Shown here: positions 39,078-53,364 of the stretch, piece after piece
Position numbering within the stretch: position 1 is the first letter of the stretch
Layout: each line of letters begins with the position of its first letter
NCBI GenBank assembly: GCA_951406725.2
Contig: OX597818.1
Location: forward strand, 77,376,001-77,440,000
Source: Octopus vulgaris
Taxonomy: Eukaryota
Length of the DNA stretch: 64,000 nt
Reading direction: 5' to 3'
Made by a program: the position numbers and the translations under genes
Notes under the pieces: model-generated
What the model saw: only the letters and a program-made list of their open reading frames with translations
Databases searched by the model: none
Told to the model about the DNA's origin: nothing

Positions 39078-40095
39078 AGGGTGGTGGATTGCCAGAATCC
39101 TTAGAATGCTCCAAGGAATGCTTTATGGTAATTCTTCTGGCTCTACATTCTGAGTTCAACTTTGTCTTTAATTCCTCCAGGGTTGATCAAATAAAATACC
39201 AGTCGAGTACAGGGGTTGATGGTATCGACTAACCCTTCCCTTCAAAATTGCTGACCTTGTGCCTTAATCAGAAGCCATGATAATAATAATAATAATAATA
39301 ATAATCTTTTCTACTCAAGGCACAAAGCCTGAAAATTTGGAGGAGGGGGACTAGTTGATTACATCAACCCCAGTTTTTCACTGGTACTTAATTTATCGAT
39401 GCCAAAAGGATGAAAGGCAAAGTCGAACTCGGCGCCGTTTGAACCCAGAATGTTGTGACAGGTAAAATACTGCTAAACATTTTGCCTGGCGTGCCAGCTT
39501 GCCACCTTAATAATAAAAATAACAATAACATCTACTGCTATTATTATTATTGTTATTACTATGGTAAGCTGTTGGAAATGCTAGTGTGAGAAAAAGTGCT
39601 TTGTGATAGTAATTTCAGCCCTTCACAGTCATCAGTTCAAATTTTATTGATGTTAGCTTTGCTTTCATCTCTCTGGGATTGGCAAAATAAAGAACCAGTC
39701 AAGTACTGGGGTCAGTGGTATCAACAAACTCCTTCTCTAGAATTGCTGGCCTTGTGCCAATGTTAGGAAGAATTATTATTGTTATTCTGCCAAGGACAAC
39801 TTTGCCTTTCATCCTTTCAGGTCAGTGAAATAAGTACAAGTCGAGCGGGGGGTGGGGTGATGTTACCGACTAACCCCTTCCCTCAAAGTTTCAGGCCTAG
39901 TGTCTTTATTAGAAAGAATTATTATTATCCTGACTTTACATTTTGAGTTCAAATGCCACCAAGGTCAACTTTACCTTCCATCCTTTTAGAGTTGATAAAA
40001 TTATACTAACCCCAGTTGCACATTTGGGTTGGTGTAACTGACTTCCTCATCCCTCAAAATTTCCTGGCTTTGTGCCCAAATAAGAAAAGATTATC

Positions 40096-40140
<45 letters not shown>
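39078..40140. mobile_element. Cluster of family B SINEs (+ 39078-39280, - 39305-39510, three + copies 39560-40090)
   Basis: Repeated central domain and GCCTTGTGCC-like ends, separated by (AAT)/(ATT)n. Confidence 0.8.
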
Positions 40141-40514
40141 GTAGTCACTATGAAATGTTCCTAGATGGAATGAATAGAATCTTCATTTTCTTGTTATTGT
40201 TCTGCAACATTCTTTCCTTGTTTAGGTTATTGTTTGGTGTAGTAGAGAGCTTAATGAGAAGGCATCACTCTAAAGGTTGTGAAGTAAGAATATGCTAAAG
40301 TACACTAATTGGTGGCAAAACTACTTGAAGTGGTCTTTATTGCAGTTTTATTTCTGGAATTTTGTCTAAAAATACATGTATTTAGCTATATACATCCTTT
40401 CCTAGTTGTGGTCTTGTCTTTCTGTAGGAGATAAAATACTTGACTATGTAAGAAAAGTAAGTTATACTGCAAAAATTATAATGTTGCTGTTGCTGTCGAT
40501 CACTTGCATTCATA

Positions 40515-41747
40515 TGAAGTCTGATCGATAAGTATCCGGACTGTTACCATAGTAACGAAGCTGAAGCATTTGGCACAGATTGACTGACCTTGAACTCTGC
40601 TCTCCAAATGCACTAAGTTTTAATGTTCTAGCTCACTTGCACGTTTGTAGTAGCAGTGCTGGGAACGAACATGTGTAGCGTGTGATTGTTGTATTGACCA
40701 TGACAGAGAAGTTGAGCAGAGAATCTGCATCAAATTTTGCCAAACGCTTGGCAGTACCTGCTCAGAGGCCTATGCAATGTTGTAAAAATTGTAAGGAGAG
40801 GACTGTATGAACTATACACAAGTGTACGAGTGGTTCAGATGCTTCCAAAATGGCCGAAAAATGTCAATAATGATGAATGTTCTTGGAGACCCACAACCAG
40901 CATAACTGAGAAAACATTGCAGCTGTGAGGGGAAATCGTTGAATCGTCTTCCATGAGTTATCAGAGGATGTGCAGATCAGTTACGGTTCAGTTCGGTCTA
41001 TTATCACTGAAGATTTGGGTAAGAGGTGTGTGTCTACGAGGTTTGTGCCAAAACTCAGGTTTCACTTGCACAAGATCTCCTTGACTGTGTTGAGAACAAT
41101 GAAAACTTTTTGAAAACTGTCATAACAGGTGATGATTCGTGGGTCTCTGGCTAGACCCTGAAACAAAGGCTCAGTCTTCGCAGTGGAAGACCCGCAACTT
41201 CTCTGAGACTGAAGAAAGCACGAGTGAATCAAAGCAACGTGAAGACACTGTTGATTGTTTTCTTCAACTACATAAGCATTGTTCATCATGAGTATGCTCC
41301 ACCTGGTCAGACAGTAAACAAGTACCACTCTAACGTTTTGCAGTGTTTGCAGATGCTATTTGTTGGAAAAGGCCATAATTGCATGTGTCCATGACAATGC
41401 ACCTGCCCATTCAGTGCAGCCTGTGGAGAAGTTGTTGGTTAGGCACAGCATTCCCTATATCTGAAAGCTACCATATTCCCCAGATCTCGCCCCATGCAAC
41501 TATTTCCTCTTTCCAAAAATTAAATCTCTTGAAAGGAAGATTTCAGGACATTGAGGAAATGTGACTAGGCAGCTGCTGATTATCCCAGAAAATGAGTTCC
41601 AGGAATGCTTCCATCAATGGAAACAGCACTGGATTAAGTGTGTGGTTTTCGAAAGGGACTACTTTGAAAGAGATTAAATGCCAAATTGGTATGTGTTGTA
41701 GTTTTGTTTTTATGGCACCAGCCCAGATACTCATTGATCAGACCTTG
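40515..41747 (+). mobile_element. Full-length decayed mariner DNA transposon
   Basis: TA TSD at 40513-14 and 41748-49. TIRs TGAAGTCTGATCGATAAGTATCCGGACTG / CAGCCCAGATACTCATTGATCAGACCTTG. Length ~1.23 kb. Confidence 0.92.
40700..41677 (+). pseudogene. Mariner (DD34D-type) transposase pseudogene
   Basis: Motifs in shifting frames: EQRICIKFC, ITGDDSWV, HDNAPAH, YSPDLAPCN, GDYFERD*. Several frameshifts and stops. Confidence 0.9.
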
Positions 41748-42222
41748 TATGTGCTTATTTAACTCTCATCGTTTAGGTATTACTATGATGGGCTGTGGAT
41801 GGTCATGAAATTAATGTTATGTTTCACCATCAGCTTAATAATTGTTTCTAACATAGGCACAAACCCAGAAATTTGAGGAAGAAGTTTAATTGATTTTATC
41901 TTCCCTAGTACATGATTGATACTTTATTTTATCAACCATGTAAGGATGAAAGGCAAAGTTGAGTTGTGAATTTGAACTCTGAATGTGAATACATTCTATT
42001 ATTAATAATAAAATAAATGAGCTGTAGCCACTAACACCATGCCTACTCATAACTGTGGGTCACTTTCTGTAGTCTGCCTTGGCATTGAAATTTATTTGTG
42101 CAAGAGATGTTATGTAAAATACTGTTTTTGATGGCATATAAAATGCACATTTTTTTCAAAAATGCCTTTAAAAATCACCTAGCATCCTATCTGTGAAGTT
42201 AGTCCTAAATTACATGCTTTAA

Positions 42223-42443
42223 CCCTTTAGTGTTCGGATTACTTTGTCAAATGTAATACTTATTTATTCTCATTGTTTTGAATTAATTGTGCCTTGTCTC
42301 ATAGCTTCAAGATTTTGATGATGTGATTATTTATTTTTAGAATGACATTGTAGGGTAGGTATGAGAGGCTGAATATTCATAAGTTTGAACATAAAAGAAG
42401 GATAATATTCTGGCCAGATGTGGCCGGTTTAAACACTAAAGGG
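42223..42443. mobile_element. piggyBac-like MITE
   Basis: TTAA TSD on both sides. Perfect 12-bp TIR CCCTTTAGTGTT / AACACTAAAGGG. Confidence 0.85.
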
Positions 42444-43430
42444 TTAATACACTAAAGACTTTTTCATTCCTGAGTATTCATTGCTGAAATTAAGTGCATC
42501 TAATATGCCTGTGTCTTTTATGCCATCAGATATGGTATGTGCTGCTAACAGGTTATAGAAAACTGACTGACTGTTTTCATTGGTGTTTGTCTTAGTTGGT
42601 GCATATGCACTGATTATTCTCACCTTGCATTTCCTTGTCTTATTGTGGTAACTCTTGTTACAGTATTGGTGTACACATTTTGGTGAGCTTTGGTGGATCC
42701 TACTTCTGAAGCTCTCTGTGTTCCTTAACCTTTGGGTATGTCATTTCAGAAGAATTCATTTTCCAAAATAAGATAGACTACATAAAACAAGATATATTAC
42801 ATAAAATACTACCTGACCCCCTCCCCCAAAGCAACAACAACAGAACAAAACAAAACAAAGCCACTGGAGAATCAACAATTGTTTTTATGAAGTCTGTTCT
42901 TTAATTTCTCTATCATCAAATAAATTAGAAGTAACATTATACTTTGAGAACTCATTTGTTACCAGATAACAATACTATTAGTAAGCTGAGATCAGGCCAC
43001 CTCCAACCTGCTTCTTCTTTATTGCTACTATGACCCGATAGCTATTTCAACTGTTGGTCTAGACCAGCGCCTGGCTCCTTAATCGGTGGTGAGCTATCAG
43101 TGTCTGAAATTGAACCTGTTCTTTATTTTATTTTTCTTTCTTTCCTCATTTCTTATCTTTATTTCATGCTATTCCCCTAACAACTGTCTAATAAAACATT
43201 ACTGCAGCATGATGGTGGAGATATGAAAATTGTCAATAAATAAAATTCAGTAAAAATATAGAAAATACAAATAAAATAAGTGAGTAAAGCTGTACTTTTA
43301 GCTTTGGTATATAGTAAGTTTTCATTAAAAAAACCCAAAACATTTGCTTTCTTTGTTGATTAAACATTGTATGATTGTTGTTGTTCTTATTTGTTCTTAT
43401 ATGTTGTTCTTATTATTCATATTATTATTA

Positions 43431-43867
43431 AGGCAGTGAGCTGGCAGAATTGTTAGCACACTGGGCAAAATTCTTAGCAGTATTTCACCCATCGTTACGT
43501 TCTGAGTTCAAATTCTGCCAAGGTTGACTTTCATCCCAGTGGGGTTGATAAATTAAGTATCAATGAAATATGGGAGTCAAAGTAATTGACTAGGCCCACC
43601 TAAAATTTCAGGCCTTGTACCTATAGCAGAAAGGATTATTATTATTATAATACAAAGTAGAATCGTTAGCTTGCTGGACAAAATGCTTAACAGTATCTCG
43701 TCCTCGCTCTGTTCTGAGTTCAAATTCTGCTGAGGTCAACTTTGCCTTTCATCCTTTCGGGGTTGATAAATTAAGTACTAGTTGTGTAATGGAGTTGATA
43801 CACAATCTAATCGACTGCCCCCCCCCCCTCACCCCAAATTTCAGGCTTTGTGCCTATAGTACAAAGG

Positions 43868-43902
<35 letters not shown>

Positions 43903-44365
43903 GGTGGTGAGCTGGCAGAACCATTAGCGTACTGGATGAAATTCTTAGTGGTATTTTGCCTGTCGCTACATTCTGAGTTCAATTCCACCAAGTCAACTTT
44001 GCTTTTCATCCTTTCAGGTTGATAAAATAGGTAACAGTTGAACACTTGAGTTGATGTAATTGACTCATTCCTTCCAGCAAAATGGCTGCAGTTGTGGCAA
44101 AATTTGAAACCATTATTATTATTATCATTATCATCAGTTAATGGCAGTTAGCTGGCATAATCTTTAGAGCATTAGAATAATGCCATACAGTATTTCTTCT
44201 GCCTCTTTATGTTCTAAGTTCAAATCTAATCGAGGTCAACTTTGCCTTTCATTATTTTGAGGATTGATAAAAAAAATTACCAGTCAAATGCTGAGGTCAA
44301 TGGTATTGACTAATTCTCTCCTCACTAAATTACTGGACTTGTGCTAAAATTAGAAACAATTATTA
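43431..44365 (+). mobile_element. Four head-to-tail family B SINEs joined by (ATT)n
   Basis: Units start near 43431, 43658, 43903 and 44143. Each has the GAGTTCAA(A)T B box and GTCAACTTTGCCTTTCATCCTTT-type central domain. Confidence 0.9.
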
Positions 44366-47089
44366 TTTGTGGTCAAATTTATGTCTGAACTATTGAAATG
44401 AATTTTTATTCATATAATGTTTAGTAGTGTTTTTCTTATGTTTTGTTTCACCTATAACAAGAAGTGGATTATGTACAATATTTTTGCTAAAATTAGCATT
44501 TATGATTTTTTTGTTACGTGTACAGTACATCACCTTGTTGTATGCAATATTAAGGTACCTTATGAGTTTGAGGAAACAACATTATATTTAGTTGTTTGCT
44601 GCAATAATGAGGACAAATTTGATGTGTTAGTGGTCAATATGTGATAGCAGGAGTTTGGTGCCATCTGTTTGTAAGTAGGAGTGAAGTGTTTGTTTAGAAG
44701 TGAGGAGCAAATATAATTTTAGTACTAACCTTCCAGTGACTTGTTTGTTTAATCTTTGGCTGTTTTCCTAAATATCCAAGGCTGATAGTTTATACATTTA
44801 CTGAGTTTCAGTATCTTAAAATAAAAGAAGAAAAAAAAAAAAGAAAGAAAAAAAAGACAAAAATCTCTACAATTCAAGAAGAATACAAAAAATTTATATT
44901 AATATTTTGCATAATATTGGAAATGCAAACACTATCATCATCATTTAACTTTATAACTCCATGCTGGCATGAGTTAGATGGTTTGACAGTATTTGCCAGG
45001 CTGCAGCACTGTGCCTACCCCAGTGTCAGCTTTGGCATATTTTCTACCATTGGATAACCTTCTTAATGCCAACCACTTTACAGAACATAGTTTTTTTTTT
45101 GTTTTTTTTTTGTGATACTAGTGAGGTCGCTCAGTAACTTGCAAGACAAGAATAGTAAAAGCACCCCCAAACTGAGTGAGAGTGTATTTGAGAGAGAGGA
45201 AGTTGTTTTGTGCCAGATATTGAAAGGCTAAAGTATGATAGGACAAACATAGACCTCTTGCTATTGAGCAGGTAGATGGCTATCCTGCATTATAAAAGAG
45301 TAGCTGGAAAGAAGATAAAGATGGTAGTGATGAGGTGCCAGAAGGTACTATCAAGGTACAAGAAGTTGAGTGTAAGTGAGAATATGAACTGTGGATCAAA
45401 GGAGAAGGAGGGGGTGGTTAATTTCATAAGAGTCAAGACTAAACTGCTAAGATGTCCTTCAATTGAATAATGCTATTATCTCTGGAAATGCTCTGTTTTT
45501 ATTCACATCATGTAAACAATCTTTCTGATTTCTTATAACTTTAATCTGTGTTGTTCTACCATCTTCCTGTATCTTCTACAATGATTAACTTGCTTTACTA
45601 GCTGTACTCCAGTTACATTTGAGTCCACCTGTTGCACCTACATCACTGCTGTCACACCACTTCATTTGATCAATAACTGCTTGTCAGAGCCTACACTAAA
45701 GTCCCCAACTAGTCAGAAGAATGATAGATTTGTAGATTACACCTAGTTGTTTGGTCATCTATCTATCTATAAACCATTGGTATGATCAATCAAAGCTGAG
45801 CAAGCTGTACGACAATAGCAACTTCACTGTTTTACAACTTCTACTCTCTCTCGTTTACTTTTCCCTGATATTTGAGTTTAAATCTTACCTAGCTCACTTT
45901 CCATTTTAGTTCCTGTTGAGAATTAATCAAATAAATATCAGTACTTTTGAGGTCAAATCAATTGACTATACTTCCTCTTTACAAAGCAACTTCACATCTA
46001 TTTTGCTGCTTTAAAATAACTCTTATAATTTCAATAGTAATTAATGGAGGGAAATCTGCCAAACTGTAAATATGTAAATATATAGTAGATATATTCTGAA
46101 GAATAATTATTTTTCGTATTTCTCAAACTGGAAACTTCATGTTGAAAATGCTAAAGTATTCTTATTTCTCTGCCTGTCTATCCACACACAGACATATATG
46201 TATGTGTTTACACACACACACACACACAATCGTCTCTATGTCTGCCTATCTATCTCTCTCTTCATATGCTGGTAATTTCACTAGCTATGTTATACACAGT
46301 TTCTTATCAATTAAGGCAAATGACTGTGTAAGGAAATATCAGTCATTCTGTTGTAGTACAGGATTGGTGAACTTAAACATAATTTTCTCATAATTCTTTT
46401 GTATTAACTGCTCATAATTCTGAAATAACAATGTATAAAGTAGGAGCAAGTTTAGATGGAAAGTTTAGCTTCATTTTTCTCTTTAAAATTTTTTTATTAC
46501 CTCTCACTTTTGAATTGGTTAACCTATATAAAACGTATATGTATACCGTATTTGACAGTAGCTCACATTGTAGCTTTATTATTACAATTATAATGCACAT
46601 ACTTTCAAATGCTACATAAAAAACAATGCTTTATGTTATTGTCTAATCCTCTGTCATCCACCACAAATGTTCTTTTAGATTTAAAATTTGTATGGCTTCT
46701 ATTTATTTATTTTCATTTTTATATACTGGGTGGTGTTTGTACTGATATATGTCATGTTTTGCTTATATGAGACTACAGTGATGTAGGACTAAATCCTGGG
46801 CTTCTGATTTCTTTGTAACCCAGAGAAGCCAAGGCCAGTACATTGTTGTGTAAACATGTGTTTTCCAGGAAACTGTTTCCTGTATGAATAACATTGAAAT
46901 ATCCTAAAATATTTGGTAGAGGAGAATGCAGTTTGTCTTGCCTTTCCCTTGAAGCAAAATACAGATTTCAGTTTAGCGGACCATCTGAAATTTTTAAGAA
47001 TTTTCTTGGCAGTGTAGACTTGAATAAATGCGTTCTTTTTGTAAAAGTTACATACTCAATGCTAATTAATAAGTAGCTTTCTTTATTAT

Positions 47090-47251
47090 AGGCATAGTCA
47101 TGGCTGTGTGGTAAGAAACTTGCTTCTTAACCACATGGTTCTGGGTTCATCCCCACTGCGTGGCACTTTGAGCAAGTGTCTTCTACTATAGCCTCACACT
47201 GACCAAAGCTTTGTGAGTGGATTTGGTAGCCAGAAACTGAAAGAAGCCTGT

Positions 47252-47287
<36 letters not shown>

Positions 47288-47515
47288 TGTGTCTGTGTTT
47301 GCCCCCCCCCCCATCACTTGACAACAGATGTTGGTGTGTTTATGTCCCTGTAAGTTAGCAATTTGGCAAAAATAAAAAAAAGACCAATAGAATAAGTACT
47401 AGGCTTACAAAGAATAAACCCTGGGGTTGATTTATTCAACTAAAAACCTTTCAAGGTGGTGCTCCAGCATGGCTGCAGTCAAATGACTGAAGTAAGTAAA
47501 AGAATAAAAGAATAT
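47090..47515 (+). mobile_element. SINE family A, well-preserved full-length copy
   Basis: TGGCTGTGTGGTAAG A box, GGTTCATCCCC B box, GTGGCACTTTGAGCAAGTGTCTT middle, GCAGTCAAATGACTGAAGTAAGTAAAAG tail. Confidence 0.9.
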
Positions 47516-48149
47516 TGATAAAGTAAGAGATGTTTTTTTAATTGGTTATATGAAAATAATAGAGAGAAATTCTATAATTTTTGTGGTTAACATTAAAAAA
47601 TGTTGATGGTAGTTATGATTTATTTTGTATCAGGAATCATATAGAAAATACTTGCTTTGTTCATGTTTAGCTTTCAGACAAAAGGATTGAATTAGTCTAT
47701 CTCAGTTGGATCCTTTCCTGTAAAGTTACTCTTCCAGATCTGTTCAGACAAGTGTTGTGCTACTGTGTGGAGCATATTTACTTTGTAGGAGTTGTACTTG
47801 GTGACCCCATCAATGCTAGAGCTTTGAAAAAAATACCCTGTACACTCTGTCAACTGGTTGGCATTAGGAAGGGTATCCAACTGTAAAAATCATGCCAAAA
47901 CAGACGTAGGAGCTCATACCAGCATGTTAAATGATGATGAGTTCTGATAAATATTTATAATGCTTCACATGATATCATATGGATAGGTACCTTATTAGTT
48001 TTTTTCATAGCCATGAGACTTATTTTAATGTTACGCATTAATTTAAAAGAAAAAAAACTATTGGAATTAGTTTATGGTCAATGTGCTAATTAATTTGAAA
48101 TTTATCCAATTACGTTTTTTTTTGTTATATATATATAATATATATATGT

Positions 48150-48478
48150 TGAGACCCCCTTCAGTCATGACTGACCATGGGATTGCACCTAGAAAGCTAC
48201 TCTCCCAGGTGCAAGTCCGGGCAAGGCTGTTTATGGAAGACAAGCAGTCGCCCATGCTTACTGGCCTCCCCTCTCCATGCCACCAGTGTTATCCAAGGGA
48301 AAGGCAAAGGCTGATACAGCTTGGCACCTGTGATGTCGCAACTCATTTCTACAGCTGAGTGAACTGGAGCAACATGAAATAAAGTGTCTTGCTCAAGAAC
48401 ACAACAGGCAGCTAGGTCCGGGATTCAAACTCACAACCTCACGATCGTAAGCTCGACGCTCTAACCACTGAGCCATGC
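48150..48478 (-). mobile_element. tRNA-derived SINE, third family, inserted in (TA)n
   Basis: Minus strand reads GCATGGCTCAGTGGTTAGAGCG (A box), GAGTTTGAATCCC (B box), TGTTGTGTTCTTGAGCAAGACACTTTA central domain. Confidence 0.85.
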
Positions 48479-48491
48479 TCAGTGGTTAGAT

Positions 48492-48537
<46 letters not shown>

Positions 48538-51500
48538 CAATGTACACCTGGCTTCTCTCTCAGATTACTGCAAGTCTTCATTCATTGTCTGTATAATATT
48601 ACATTTCTGTAGCCTTGCTCTGAGCTCAGGTTAAACAGATCCAGTATATGTAGGTTGTCAGTAAAATACATTACAGCAACATACATAAATACATATCTGT
48701 CTGTTTACATGCACACACACAAACATACACACATTACAGTATACACACATACACAAAACACACCCTGCAATAGCCTGCAAATAGGTCATTTAACCAAATT
48801 GAATTGAGAGTGTACTTTAAATGAAGCGCACGTGTTCACTGTTATTGGACAGCCTGTTCATGATGAAGTCAGAATAGTTAGTACCCTAGTTGAACAATGT
48901 AGTTCAAACTACATTATTACATAACAACATCTTAGTCTGTTAAACTGGTGGTGAATTGCCAAGTCATTAGTGCTGGATGAAATGTTTTGAGGTATGAGTT
49001 CAAATCGTGCTGAAGTCTTCTCTACCTTTTTATACTTCTGTGGGTCAATAAAGTACTCATCTAGAATGATGGACTAACAAGGCTGTAGGTTAAGATACCT
49101 TGTAGTATTTCTTTCAGGTCTCTGCATTCTGAGTTCAAATCCCACTGTCTCCTGTTTGGGTAGTAGACTTGCTATTTAGCCTGTTTAACACCAACACTAG
49201 ATTCTTAGGTGTTTTGGTGGAAGAGTTCACTCTGTTGCAAACATTGACAGGTCTTTAATTTGTGTTTACCTTTCTTTCTCTTACTGGTCTTAGAGGAGTT
49301 GAAGAAAGCCATGGATACTGCCCTTCTTTCTGACTGAAAAATGAAATAAACCCTTATTAGCAACAAGAATAGCTGCTTTCTATGTCTTAATAGTAGAGTT
49401 TGAAGAATGTCCTTAATTGGTCTCCTAGTTTTCCTGAGCAGTATTTTCTCTTGTCATGTATATGATTCCTATTTTACTTTTCTTGAGTTGATCTAACATC
49501 TAAGTCAGAGACAAGGAGATTATTCCTTTTATATAATTAAGATAAATATTTTCTCATTAAGAATGGTCAGTCATTCTTCTCTACTGTGTTCATTTCTTTA
49601 TATAGGTTGCAGGTAGGTCAGTCAGTCCAGTTCACATGATGTTCATTAACATATTTCTATGACAGGATATTTGCAATTGGAGCAGAAACTTATGCTTGGA
49701 TAAACTAGCACACCTGTTAAACTAAATTCCTTGTTATTACTGTTTCTCATATCAGTACACTTTCTATGCAGATAATCTAGCTAATTTCTGTTTTTTGTAC
49801 CAAAAGTATAGAGTAATATTTTTAGTTATACAGTAGAAGAGGCCATCAAGAGCTAAACATAAAAATTTTGAATTCATGATTTCTGACCTGCACAAGTTCA
49901 AAAATTTGTAAGGAGGAGATGTCAGTAAAATCTAATTTCAGTACATTACTGGTACTTATTTTTTCTTTCATCGTTATCCTTTACCTCAAACAAGTACCAT
50001 AAATGCACAAGGATTAATTCAGTCAGCTGTTTTCCTACTCTAAAAATATGTGCTGATGTTAGAAATCAATTTGGTAATTTCAACAAAAGATTAAAAATTT
50101 AGTGCCGTGTAACTTAAGATTTAGTATGAAGAAAATAGCTGTGTAGGATGTAAAGATATTATTAACTTGTTGAATGAATAACTTATCTGTTTCATGTCTC
50201 TTGTACATTATTGGTATTTTATAAATTCATGTGGGAAGGGATGGAAGGGTGTGTGTGAGAGGTGGATGATGAAATATTTTTCCTTCATTTTCCCTCCTGG
50301 CTTGTTTTGCTAACTGAAATCAAGCCTATTTTCTTGCTTCATTAGTTTATTGATTAATTTCCATTGAGTCCCCATTATAATTTGGGACTTGTTTTATGTC
50401 TGTTTTTCCATGCTAACATTGGTTTGATGAATGCATATTGTTAAAGCATTGTTTTGCAACCAGATGCCTTTTGTACCACTAACCCTTACCTGTTTTTCAA
50501 GCAAGGGAGTTTTCATTTCACTAGACTTCAAAAGTGCAAAGATGCTGGATAAATTGTCGGCAGAGAAATGACAATAGAAAACACCACCATAGCTCAATGA
50601 TTAAAAAAAAAAATTTCTTTTATGCAATCGCAAACTGTAAGTGCTCCTACAGACACACACACACACATATCATGGGCTTTGTATAGATTCTCTATACCAA
50701 TTTCATTCACAAGGCATAGTTGGTTCAGGGCTATAGTAGAAAATACATGTCCTATAATGCAGTGCATTTGGACTGAACCCAAAACCATGTAGTTGTGAAG
50801 TAAGCTTCCCAACTACACATCCATGCCTGTGCTTCAGTTTGATAATTTTATTAGTGACTAAACAGTGAACTCTATCCTTTTTAGATAATTAGATAAATAT
50901 TGTATTAACTCACTGGTGTTATCATTGCAGCTAATTGCAAAAGTTTGCAGCAGTTATTAAATTTGAGCTACAATATTACTGACATACAGCCTGCATGCTC
51001 AATAAAAATATAGAAAACAGTTGTATCTAAAGTACCACTTTCCCCCTGCCAATGCAATAGTTATGTATTGTCTAATATCAACTTGAAATCTGAATATGTT
51101 AAATAATACATCCTCAGTATCCCAAGTCACATTTAAAGAGCAATTGGTTTGTTCTCTTTGGTATATGATAACATTTAGATTTCTTCTAATTTAGACCATT
51201 TTTTCTTCATTTTTTTCAGATTAATTAGGTATTTGAAAATTTTTATAAATTACATCCATTTACTAAATCTTATTTAACCATTACTTTAGATTAAGTTGGA
51301 TGTTCTTAGGTCAATAATACAATGAGGAAAATAATGGCTTTCAACTTTAAAATACTCTATCTTCACTTCATATTATTCATTTACTGTGCACTGGTGGAAT
51401 GTCTGATCAAATTTGGTGCCAGATTCTTGACCCATCAAGCACATATCTTCTTTTGCTGAGGTGGAAGATTAATTCATTTTTGTCTTGTGTAGACAAACTG

Positions 51501-52430
51501 GTGGCATTTGTTTGTATTCTTCTGGATTGCAACTGTGAACTTGAAACACCCTTATCTCTTGGCAACAAAGTTTCATAATGACATAAAATTGCGCATTTCT
51601 TGCATAGTAAAAGACTTGTACCATTGATACACAGAATTGGGTATAGTTACTAATATGGGAATCTTGGTCCCTTGTAACTACACCAATGGACTCATTATTT
51701 GTTTAGTTATATTCCACACAAAAAGAGAAACAAAGTCTTAGGAGGTTTGTGAGATGTTGGACAGTCTGCTCTGTTGGCAAGTTAAATCCAAATTACAAGG
51801 TCAAAGACAGAAGTGTGTGCATCTTAGTTCTCTATCAACATCCATTTAAATATCCATAATTCCATGCTAAAGTGGTTTAAGATGTCTGGCCATACTTGGC
51901 ATTTTCTCAAACACTTGTAATATTGGTGTAAGCTTAGTCTAACAGACAGAATGTCTAACAGAAAGTGTGTTAGGTAATAATATAGGTTTTCATGGTTAGA
52001 TACTTTTCAATGCACCAACTATTTTATGTATCAATCATTTTGGAAAAAATATATGAAGAAAAAATTTCAAATTTTTATTATAAGTTGGACAGGTTTAAAA
52101 ATATAAATATTTACATGAGCTATCACAAGTATTTTTACAGCTAGCTATTTTAGAGTTATCGCTGTTTTATTTTACAATGACTAGGAACAGTAAATTGTTA
52201 TTGATCTCCAACACAAAACCCTTAAAAATTTGTCAAAATGCATGAACAGAAAAAGAAGAGAAATACACTGGATAAATGGGCGTATATATTTTTATCTGAA
52301 GTTGATTTACTGGACTAATATGAAATCTTGCAAAGAAATTTACAGCTGAATATTGATCTAAAATATTGGAAGTCTTATACTAATTACATTATGAAAGTGT
52401 CATAAAACTGTGAGGAATATAGAACACCGG

Positions 52431-52603
52431 TACTGTATTTGATGACATAAAAAATGCACCTCAATTTGAGCAGTGCATATTTGGCAAAAGAATTTTCAGT
52501 GTATTGAAGCTTATGGGAGGTCAACTTCACATATAAGGGTGATTCTTTTTGGAGACAAGTTTTGGAGAAAAAAAGTGCATATTATATGCCATGATATACA
52601 GCA
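52431..52603. mobile_element. Old Tc1/mariner-superfamily (pogo-like) MITE; duplicated at 55972-56144
   Basis: Imperfect 29-bp TIR TACTGTATTTGATGACATAAAAAATGCAC / GTGCATATTATATGCCATGATATACAGCA. Confidence 0.6.
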
Positions 52604-53311
52604 GGTTTCACTTTAGTATTCAACTGTCGGTGAGCCTGACTTCTTGTGGTTATGTGAGAAACCTATAAAATGACATTCCTAGTTTAATATGAAATATTAC
52701 TTGATTGAAATTTTAATGACAACTACTTCTGATTAGTTTGTAAAGAGAAACTTAATTCATATAAAACATAAATGAACTGCTCTATCAGTTCATTTGGGTG
52801 GTGAATGTGTTTTTTAAATATTAAAAATTTTTAAAAAATTTTTGTCTTGACATTCAGGTATTTTTTTAAATAGAATTTTAAATAATTATTTTAATTCACT
52901 TTTCTTTTGTGAAAATGGTCTGTTTGTCCTTGATGTAGAAGTATTAGTAGACTTGGTTACCAAAGAGTTTGAATTAGTATTCCACCTCCTTGTTTCAGTC
53001 TTCCATTTGAAATCCTTAATTAACTCCAATTTTTGAATTTATCAAAAGTTATTACTCTCAGAATAATGAGGTGTTTTTGCTTTAAAACAATCCAGTTAAT
53101 TTGATGTGTGTGTGTGTGATTGTGTAGATGGAAACTGAAAGTTATTGTCCCCTTGCTTTGATATCACATGATAGTTGTAAACAAATGTTAATGTCATGGG
53201 GAAATATTACCTTACATGGAAACGACCGGATTGGTCATAGAAAAATCTTCCTTAACTAAATTCTTTCTGACTCATGCTAGCATTGAAAAAGGGGATGTTA
53301 AAATGATAATG

Positions 53312-53364
<53 letters not shown>

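Noticed and set aside
43431-44365. Regularly repeated units that might suggest a CRISPR-like array or tRNA gene cluster
   Set aside because: The units are ~200-bp diverged SINEs with no repeat-spacer structure, no cas genes and no complete cloverleaf.
49606-49612. TAG|GTTGCAG|GTAGGT 7-nt exon-like motif; similar 9-nt motif at 51220-51228
   Set aside because: Isolated, with no supporting composition or context. Expected by chance in T-rich intron.
52770-52795. 10-bp hairpin AAATGAACTG/CAGTTCATTT (also at 56311-56336)
   Set aside because: A short AT-rich stem. The second copy is just part of the duplication.
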